Assembly: GCA_964016885.1 (NCBI GenBank)
Contig: OZ024741.1
Coordinates: forward strand, 305,598,001-305,662,000
DNA: 64,000 nucleotides
Direction: 5' to 3'
Source: Eledone cirrhosa
Lineage: Eukaryota
Shown here: positions 13,433-24,656 of the stretch, in pieces
How positions within the stretch are numbered: position 1 is the first letter of the stretch
Layout of the letters: every line of letters starts with the position of its first letter
The notes under the pieces: model-generated
Told to the model about the DNA's origin: nothing
Seen by the model: only the letters and a program-made list of their open reading frames with translations
Databases searched by the model: none
Program-made: the position numbers and the translations under genes

Positions 13433-13856
13433 CTGAGGTCAGACACCTATCTCTCCGGCCAACAACTGGTCTTTTTTTTCAAGTACCACTTTAGAAGAAG
13501 GATCAGAATGGAGAGAGAGGTGCTCTACCCCAGCAAGTTTTATGAAAGATGGGTGAAAGTAGCGAGAATTGCCCGAGTGAATGGGCCTTCTCTCTATATC
13601 AGCCTGTAGGTGAGAGAGGAGAAGAATGAGAAGAGGAGGGAAGCACCCGCTCTTTGTGCTCCTGAAGAGGAGGGTTGCACATTTTTTCGGGGGTGTGTGC
13701 GACCCATGTCAACGCCCCTCCCTATCGAGGACATCGATTGTTAAATTTAATTTGTCATATGTTTTTTACACGTCTTTTTAAATGTATGTAAACTCCCCCC
13801 TTTGTATTTGTCCCAATCTTTGATGCCCTGGTGGCAAATAAATGGAAATATATATC
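13433..13856 (+). mobile_element. Inverted copy of the 3' end of the adjacent Tx1 element
   Basis: Reverse complement of 8065-8485 with roughly ten differences. Confidence 0.95.
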
Positions 13857-14235
13857 AAGTGGTAATTGATATAGAGAGGGGGGTTGGAAGAGACTCCGTG
13901 TAGTAGATATAGAGAGGGGGAGAGTTTGGTGTTAATTGATATAGAGAGGGGGAGAATTTAGTGGTTGCAAATTTACAGAGAGGGATAATGGGAGAGTGAC
14001 GTGTAGTAGAGATAGAGAGGGTGAGAGTTTAGGGGAGATTGATATACGGAGGGGGTTGGGGAAGATAAGTGTAGATATTTATAGAGAGTGAGAGAGTGTA
14101 TTAATTAGTCTTAGATGAGAGAGCCGGTGTCATAGTAGATATAGAGAGGGGTAGAGTTTGGTTTTAGTAGATACAGAGAGGGGTATTAAAAGAAAGTTTT
14201 ACGTGATAGACAGAGAGGACAAGAGTTTGCTGTCA
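13857..14235 (+). repeat. GA-rich minisatellite, about 30-bp units (GATATAGAGAGGGG core); paralogous array at 16570-17120
   Basis: Recurrent (tagta/aatt)gatatagagagggg units in both arrays, with the same downstream MITE. Confidence 0.8.
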
Positions 14236-14644
14236 CTCTCGGGTCCCAAATAATATGAACCGAGGGGTGAGGGGCAATAATGGGGTGGGGACGCTTGGGC
14301 AATCAGTAATTGTATAGTGTACGTTCGTAAATGTGGGATTTCTTGTAATGTTCTTCTTTGGTCATATTTAATGTTTTTTTTTTTAATGTAAAATAAAATT
14401 ATTATTAGATTCTACGGCTGCTGTATCAATGAATCACACATTCAAATTTTGCCGGAGATAGATTAACTAAATTTAATAATGGGTGAGTGTGTGGGTGGAA
14501 TAAAAACCCAGTGTGAGCGTGTATGTGGAGGGGGGGGGGGGGTGACAAATTAATAAGCGGAGCGTGGGGACGATTATTCAAGATCTGAAAGTATGTGAAT
14601 TATTGACTGACGTAAGAATGAAAACTCAATACCGAAGTTTAAAT

Positions 14645-14784
14645 ATTCATTTATTATGGCTAAGCCTTGTTACTCTGGAGTCTCACCTGCGTACTCGTAC
14701 TCACCAGACAAGACTGCTGATCCTGTGAGTGTGCAGGTGAAACTTTAAAATAACAAAGCTCATCAATAGCCATAATAAATGAAT
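14645..14784. mobile_element. Small foldback element with two degenerate hammerhead motifs back to back
   Basis: Arms ATTCATTTATTATGGCTA / TAGCCATAATAAATGAAT. Plus strand CTGCTGA-T-CCTGT..GCAGG-T-GAAAC. Minus strand GTCTTGT-CTGGTGA...GAGAC-TCCAGA-GTA-ACAAGGC. Confidence 0.55.
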
Positions 14785-14892
14785 GTATATATACGAGTAT
14801 AGGAAATGAATAAATTGGGTATATTACCAGTTTCTATACATCAACCCCTTAGGAAGGGGCAGAGAATATAATTTTTTTAAATTATATATACA

Positions 14893-15124
14893 CAGTGGTG
14901 GTGGAACCGGGGAGGGGCATTCTCCCCCTCAAATAATTATATTTCCTCCCCAAACTACCAAAACACACATCTATTTGGGTATGCGCTACAACTTATGTAC
15001 ATGTTATGATTATCGCATATCGAAGTTTTCTGATCATTTTAGAGTGCAAAGAGCTAAACTAATTACTACAACTAAATTGTCCAAATCTGGCCCTCCCAAT
15101 TCGGAAATGCTTTCACCGCCCCTG
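14893..15124. mobile_element. hAT-like MITE (partial relatives about 7848-8010, 15355-15435, 17420-17585, 17765-17830)
   Basis: TIR-like CAGTGGTGGTGGAAC ... CTTTCACCGCCCCTG and a shared interior aaaactaccaaaacacacatctattt. Confidence 0.55.
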
Positions 15125-15704
15125 AAAAAGGTCAGAAAATGCAATTTGAATCCAAGCAGGTCAATAATTATAAAGAGATTATAGCAAAATTACCGATGAA
15201 ATCTTTTCTGAATACACATACTAGCAATTGGCAAATAGTGATATGTGGAGAAAAAGTTATGACATGACAAAAAAAAAAAATTACTATGAAGGTTAGCATA
15301 ATATATTACAGTTATTATCAAATATCAACCAAGATATAAATTGTTACGATTATACAAATAGATATATGTTTTGCTAGTTTGGGGAGAAAAATATAATTAT
15401 TGGTGGTGGTGGTGGTGTTGGGGGCATGGTCCCATAACAAAACTAACAACAGTAACAACAATTGTAATAACAACAACATCAACAGCAACAACAACGATCG
15501 TAACAACATATTCAAATTCCGAGCCATATCTTTATATCGGCAAAGTTCCTTCCAAGAAAGATATGTTTTCTTTGATTTCTTCAACATTATCTTCCCCCCA
15601 CCGAGTCGTGACGGATTAAAGAATCTGGAGTGAGGGTTAGAGTTGCAGATAGGGGGCTCACACAATATTTAAAGGGCCCCAAAATAATTATATTACTACA
15701 ATAA

Positions 15705-15925
15705 ATAATGATTTCTGATTTAGGCACACGGCCAACAATTTAGGGAAAAGAGAACGTCAATTAAATCGACTCCAGTGCGTTACTGGTACTTTATTTTATC
15801 GGCTCCGTAAGGATGAAAGGCAAAGCTAACCTTGGCAGGATTTGAAATCAGAATGTAAAGGGGCATAACTCTATGCTGCAAAGCATGGTGTCCGATGCTC
15901 TACCGATACAGCCAATCCACCATCC
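15705..15925 (-). mobile_element. SINE family A copy
   Basis: ctggtactttattttatcg..ggatgaaaggcaaag..gatttgaa, with an (AAT)n tail. Confidence 0.85.
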
Positions 15926-17830
15926 TACCTAATAATCAAGGATCCCGATTAAATTCTTAAGCAGAAGTCACATGCAAGCTAAATTTTCTTCTGCCATATT
16001 ACCCTACCTATAATTTTCAAATGATTTTGTAAATAATCACAAATTTTGAGGGACTTAATAATGCAACTAATTTTCTTGTTATAAAACTAATGTTTCAAAT
16101 ACAACAAAGGTTTTTACATAAAATTATGATGGGAAGGTTTTAGATAAATATAAATACTTCAAACCTTTTATTATCATAATTCCAATGAAAGACAATGCCT
16201 ATAATTTTCAAAAAATGTTTGAAAATAATCTAGAATTTTGAGTCGCGTAGGTAATATAAGAAATATTTCTTATTACCAAACTAGTATTTGAAATATAACG
16301 GAACATTTCATAATAAAGAGTTTAGTATCGAGGGACTAGGGACGATTTCAGGCGGTTTGGTACCAAATGGACTGAGGCATTTATTTTCCATTTTGCGTTT
16401 TCAACGCCGCTTAAGCCCACTTGTTAGGCACTCATCTTATAGTTTGTTAGCCCCCCCCCCCCCCCACGATTATATTTTTCTCCCCAAAACTACCAAAACA
16501 CACATCTATTTGATCTATTTGTATATGCGCTACAATTTATGTCCATGTTATGTAGAGACAGATGGGAAAGATAGATATAGAGAGGGGATTGGAAGATAGT
16601 TCCGTATAGTAGATATAGAGAGGGGGATAATTTGGTGCTAATTGATATAGAGAGGGGGATTGGAAGAGAGTTCCATGTAATTGATACAGAGAGAGGAAGA
16701 GTTTGGTAATGATGAATAGAATGAGAGGGGGTGAGAGCGAGTGTTGTATGGTAGATATAGAGATGGGGATAGTTTGATGGTAATTGATACGGTGAGGCGG
16801 GTTGGAAGAGTGCGTTATATGTTAGATATACAGAGAGGGAGAGATTGATGTTTATTGATATAGAGAGGGGGATTGAAAGAGAGTTCCGTGTAGTAGATAT
16901 AGAGAGGGGGAGAGTTTAGGGGTGATTGATATACTGGGAGAGATAAGTGTAGATATTTATAGATAGTGAGAGGGTGTATTAGTCTTAGATATAGAGAGTG
17001 GTACAAGAAAGATGGTGTCGTGGTAGATATAGAGAGGGGTAGAGTTTGGTTTTAGTAAATACAGAGAGGGGATTAAAAGAGAGTTTTGTGTGATAGACAT
17101 ATAGAGGAGGAGAGTTTGGTGTCATTCTCGGGTCCCAAATAATAGGTGGGGTGGCAATAATAGGAGGGGGTGCTTGGGAAATCAGTAATTGTATAGTGTA
17201 CGTTCTTAAATATGGGATTTCTTGTAATGTTCTTGTATTTTTTTTAATGTAAGATAAAATAATTATTAGATTCTCCAGCTGCTGTATCAATATGAATCAT
17301 TTACAATAAAATTTCGCCGGAGATAGATTAGCAAAATTTAATAAGCAAAATTTAATAAGTGGAATGAAAACGGGCGGGGAGGGAAATCTGACAAATTAAT
17401 AAGCGGGGTTGGGGACGATACTAAAACACACATCTATTTGGATATGCGCTGCAATTTATGTAAATATTATGTTTATCGCATATTAAAGTTTTCTGACCAT
17501 TTTAGAGTGCAAAGAACTAAACTAATCAATACAACTAAATTGTCCAAATTGCCGCCCCCATTCAGAAATGTTTCCACCAACCCTTCCGAAAAAAAGAGCA
17601 TTTCAAGAAATCCCATACGTTATATAATAAATAGGATGGGTTGGGGTCTCAATATGTGAACTAAACGACTAATTCTGGTTTACAAAAAAAAAAAAAAAAA
17701 GAATACGGTGACAATCTAAAAAAATTAACGATCCCCCAGCCCCGCTTATTTGGGACCTGAGAGTACAACTAAATTGTCGAAATTTGCCCCCCCCCCCCCC
17801 CTCCGTTCAGAAATGCTTCCACCGCTCCTG

Positions 17831-17875
<45 letters not shown>

Positions 17876-18106
17876 GAAACACACAGATACATGCGGACAC
17901 ACACATATATACATGAATGCATCCGCACCCAACTGTGAGTTAAGGGTGCCAACTTCACCGATGTTGCTCAATGAATGACTGGGACAGACCAATTCAGTTT
18001 GAACCAGACTGAACCAGTATCAGAGTTAAAAATACATTATGAAGAGAGAAGAAACATTTAGATATAATTAGTAATAAAATGTATCATACCTAAACTGTTC
18101 CTAAAT

Positions 18107-18194
18107 TCCTCGACTACGTAGTTTCGTGGCATAAACAAAAACAATATATCAAAGATATAGAGTCCTTGCGAGGTCTGCCGACTTATCAAGAGGA
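18107..18194 (-). ncRNA. Hammerhead ribozyme with U3:A8 variant core (mirror copy)
   Basis: Reverse complement of 18502-18589. Confidence 0.75.
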
Positions 18195-18501
18195 TACCTC
18201 ATTTTACTAGTCTCAAGAACGCGTCTACACGACGTGAGAAAGAATCCCAAAAGGCGGAGGGGGAGACAGTCACGCGATATAACGGTCGAGAAACAGAGCT
18301 AAGCCTCTTATAACCACGAAGAAAATACCACGGAGGCGGAGGGGGTATTCATATCGAGGCCGTAGAAGAGGTAGTGAAGAAGGCGAGAAGTATGAGTAAT
18401 GGAAGCTCGACCGTTATATCGCGTGACTGTCTCCCCCTCCGCCTTTTGGGATTCTTTCTCACGTCGTGTAGACGCGTTCTTGAGACTAGTAAAATGAGGT
18501 A

Positions 18502-18589
18502 TCCTCTTGATAAGTCGGCAGACCTCGCAAGGACTCTATATCTTTGATATATTGTTTTTGTTTATGCCACGAAACTACGTAGTCGAGGA
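18502..18589 (+). ncRNA. Type I hammerhead ribozyme with U3:A8 variant core
   Basis: TCCTC-TTGATAA-GT(C)GGCA-[44-nt loop]-TGCCAC-GAAAC-TACGTA-GTC-GAGGA: 5-bp stem I, stem II, palindromic stem III ACTACGTAGT, GUC cleavage triplet. Confidence 0.75.
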
Positions 18590-18658
18590 ATTTAGGAACA
18601 GTTTAGGTATGATACATTTTATTACTAATTATATCTAAATGTTTCTTCTCTCTTCATA

Positions 18659-20635
<1,977 letters not shown>

Positions 20636-20684
20636 TATATATGTATACATTCACACGCACACACACACGCACACACACACACGC

Positions 20685-20715
<31 letters not shown>

Positions 20716-21129
20716 AATATATATATATTTATACTTGAGTATTTAATGAACAGCAGCTGTAACTACAAGATGGTAGATAAACAAAAATTTCATTGGCAAA
20801 ATCTTGCAAGGAAAGTAACTTAATGTAAATAAATACCAACTTTTACCTGGGATTCCTGACGAAATAGAGAAAATGGGAGGATATGTTGATGGCGTTGTTG
20901 TTGGCGGCGGTGCTAGAATACACGGCAGTGGTGGTGGCGGTGGAAAGATTGTTCGATATACCTGAGGAATATAGGTGTTTATTTGTAGAGACGGTTTGTT
21001 GGTTAGATTGATATCTGTTGATTCTCTATACGCCCATTCATCGGGTGATTAGCTGTTTTGGTGTGTATGGAAATAAACACATACCACACACATACTACAC
21101 ACACACATATATATATGTATATATATATA

Positions 21130-21229
21130 CAGGGTATCCCCAAACAATGTATACAGACTTTGATTACCTGTACAGGCAATATTTATTAGAATGCTGTTGA
21201 AGTGCGTATACATTTTTTGGGACACCCTG
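21130..21229. mobile_element. 100-bp Tc1/mariner-type MITE
   Basis: TA-CAGGGTATCCCCAAACAATGTATAC ... GTATACATTTTTTGGGACACCCTG-TA. Confidence 0.75.
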
Positions 21230-21311
21230 TATATATATGTGTGTGTGTGAATGTGTATGTGTGTGTGCATCGTGATTGAACAGGTTTTAAGCTAGTTAGA
21301 CCATTATTCAA

Positions 21312-21366
<55 letters not shown>

Positions 21367-21626
21367 TATATACATATATATATTAAAAAAGAGTCGGGGC
21401 CCGACGGCAAGAGCTCAGCCGTCCGGCCCCGACTATTTTTTAATATAGTCACACTCTACTATTCTAAGTATCGAGTACTCTGTTGAATAATGGTCTAACT
21501 AGCTTAAAACCTGTTCAATCCCGATGCACACACACACATACACATTCACACACACACATATATATATAGAGAGAGTGTCCCAAAAAATGTATACACACTT
21601 CAGCAGCATTCTAATAAATATTGCCT
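21174..21626. repeat. Inverted duplication of local DNA (21174-21312 / 21482-21626) enclosing a hairpin at 21384-21443
   Basis: The arms are reverse complements with few mismatches and include half of the mariner-type MITE. Confidence 0.9.
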
Positions 21627-21717
21627 ATATATATATATATATATATATATATAAGTATTGAAATTTCAGTTGGAAACAGAAAAGGTCATAGAAATTCAGA
21701 AACGAAATATATATAAT

Positions 21718-21800
<83 letters not shown>

Positions 21801-21862
21801 CGTTTCTGAATTTGTTTAGCAAGATTCTTTATCTGAAAACGTGTGTTGAAACCGATATTGAA

Positions 21863-21946
<84 letters not shown>

Positions 21947-21948
<2 letters not shown>

Positions 21949-22628
21949 ATGCTTTGGGAGGGTCATGTTGCCAATAAGAAACACACGCACCAGTTGCTTT
22001 CACTTCAATTTATTATAAATTAAATTTATAAATTTAAGAATTTATAAATTTCCGGTTGGTTGGTTCCACAACCGGACGGTTGTTCATATATTGTCAAAGT
22101 TCCTTCGTCACACATTCTGTGACCTCTTCAGTGACTGGGGATTCTTTTCTTTGTTTTTGTGCCTCTCCTTTGTTCTGTCCTACGCCATCTTGTTTTTGTG
22201 TCTGTTGATTCTCTATACGCCCATTAATCGGGTGATTAGCTGTTTTGGTGTGTATGGAAATAAACACATACCACACACATACTTCACACACACAAACACA
22301 CAAACACATATATATATGTATATATATATATATATATATACAGGGAATCCCCAAACAATGTATACAGACTTTGATTACCTCTACAAAGATGGAGTAGGAC
22401 AGAACAAAGGAGAGGCACAAAAACAAAGAAAAGAATTCCCAGTCACTGAAGAGGTCACAGAATGTGTGACGAAAGAACTTTGACAATATATGAACAATCG
22501 TCTGGTTGTGGAACCAACCAACCGTAAATTTATAAATTCTTAAATTTATAAATTTAATTTATAATAAATTGAAGTGAACAACTGGTGCGTGTGTTTCTTA
22601 TTGGCAACATGACCCTCCCAAAGCATAA
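21947..22628. mobile_element. Foldback element with about 245-bp arms (21947-22191 / 22386-22628) in (TA)n, Penelope pLTR-like
   Basis: Near-perfect inverted arms, each with a hammerhead motif, and both ends in (TA)n. A shorter foldback of the same family lies at 22866-23030. Confidence 0.85.
22442..22484 (+). ncRNA. Minimal type I hammerhead ribozyme (mirror copy 22093-22135 on minus, GAAG variant)
   Basis: GTCA-CTGAAGA-G-GTCACA-GAATG-TGTGAC-GAAAG-AA-CTT-TGAC. Confidence 0.8.
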
Positions 22629-22805
22629 TATATATATATATATATAACGAAGGAGGTATGGTAAGTACCATAACGCACCAGAGTACTCAATACTTAGTGT
22701 AGTAGAGTGGGTAATAGGAAAATGTTTAACCCCGACGGCAGAGCTCAAGAGTCCAGAAATAACCGTCGAAAAGGCTTGAGCTCTGCCGTCGGAGTTAAAC
22801 ATTTT

Positions 22806-22868
<63 letters not shown>

Positions 22869-23248
22869 ATACTTTGGGAGGGTCATGCTGCCAATAAAAA
22901 CACCTGCACCTGTTGGTTTTCACTTCAATTTATTATAAGGTTCCGGTTGGTTCGAAACTTGTAATAAATTGAAGTGAAAACAAACAGGTGCATGTGTTTT
23001 TATTGGCATCATGACCCTCCCAAAGTATAAGAATAACTGTTCAGATAAGAAATCTCGCAAAACAAATTAAAAAACGAATTATATATATGTGTGTGTGTGT
23101 GTGCGCGCATGCGTAGAAAAGGCAAAGATGAAAAAATTAAGTCATTTTAATCTTCTGACACATGTTTCTGATGAGAAGATTCCTCCTAGCTTGCTGATTG
23201 TGGATTACATTGAGCTTGAAACGGTATTGGCATAACTCTTCATTTACC

Positions 23249-23358
<110 letters not shown>

Positions 23359-23363
23359 CATGC

Positions 23364-23421
<58 letters not shown>

Positions 23422-23734
23422 GTATATATGCATGCATATATATATATGTATACATATATACATATATACACAGTACGGGTGTGTTTTTTTACACATACGT
23501 TCTGCTATCTAAGCATAATATATGTATACATATGCATGTATGTATATATCTCAGCTTCGTACTTACAAGCACACACACTTACACACACACCCGTATACGC
23601 ACGCGCATATGTATAGCTCTATATAGAAAACGGTTTTTTCCCCTTTCAGTAGATGCGCTTTCAGATAGAGCCACTTTTGTGAAAAACGACATCATACACA
23701 AAACGCCAGCATCAATAGTTTTTCAAGAGATGGC

Positions 23735-23950
23735 AACATAAATGGACCTGTTATTTTCCCTTAAAAATCTTTTTCCGATTCCGCCCTGTCCGTCCCCTCA
23801 ATCAGTCTAATTTTTCATTCTTTCTTCTGATGAAGGACTAGCGTCTGAAACGTTAAGACCCTCTTCCAGCTATTTCAAACGTTAAACTAATATATTCCTT
23901 CCATATACTGTACCATTTGCGCTGTTATTTCTGTTTACCTTTTAGATACA
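23735..23950 (+). mobile_element. Short hammerhead-bearing repeat (second copy about 37465-37682 on minus)
   Basis: Both copies share atgg(a/g)cctgttatttt...ttcttctgat(g/a)a..gactagcgtctgaaacgttaagaccc...atttcaa.cgttaa.ctaatatattccttccatatactgtac and lie next to microsatellite tracts. Confidence 0.7.
23823..23858 (+). ncRNA. Minimal type I hammerhead ribozyme
   Basis: TCTT-CTGATGA-A-GGAC-TAGC-GTCT-GAAAC-GTT-AAGA; palindromic AACGTT stem III. Confidence 0.8.
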
Positions 23951-24549
23951 TATCTATGTATATATATATGTTTATATATGTGTATGTATATGTGTATGTA
24001 TATATGTAGCTAAATCTCTCCGCACATATTGACCCCCGAATGACATCTGGCTGCTGTTTCTCTTTATCTCGGGTTGGCGTCAGTGGTGTTGGCACGTTGG
24101 CCAGCTTGGAGTTAAATGAGATTGTTTTTTTTTAAGTCATTCTACTCAGGTTCACTTCAAGTTGCTCAAGCAAGTAGTGAGATGTAGCACTTAGTAAGAA
24201 AAAACTCCAGCCGTCTCGACAAGGGCCCGACAACAATTCTTTCATAAGCACTTCAACCACACTCAGTCAGCTGCCTCGTTATATAGACAACATAGCCTCC
24301 TTGCCACTGCGAGCTATGCTGGTACGTACTGTCTGAATATAACTTTTCATTTTTTAAAGGAACATCACAGAAGCCTTTTTGAACACTATATTCATTTGTG
24401 AATACTACAATCAAACTTTATATTTATGATTCGAAGTAAACATTTTTTTTTTCCATTTTGCTGAAGTAAAGTAAAGTTATATATCCAACCAGAATTATTG
24501 GTATCTGTCGTGTTTATCATCCTCTTCCACAACACCCCACAGACTTCGC

Positions 24550-24622
<73 letters not shown>

Positions 24623-24656
24623 TCCATTTGTTTAATATCGTATATATATATATATA

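Larger units (their letters stand above)
18032..18664. mobile_element. Foldback element with 259-bp apparently perfect inverted arms (18032-18290 / 18406-18664), Penelope pLTR-like
   Basis: The arms are reverse complements, the spacer is 115 bp, the right end runs into (TA)n, and each arm holds a hammerhead motif. Confidence 0.85.

Noticed and set aside
22091-22486. Two mirror 130-aa ORFs
   Set aside because: A by-product of the inverted repeat and the internal microsatellite.
22700-22810. Hammerhead in the GAGCTC/GCCGTCGG hairpin family
   Set aside because: No CUGANGA core found; kept only as an inverted repeat.
23160-23235. CTGATGA ... GAAACGGTA hammerhead-like spacing
   Set aside because: Stems I and II do not pair convincingly.
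24030-24090. Minus-strand CTGACGC...GAAAC...GTC
   Set aside because: Core mismatch and no stem I or II.
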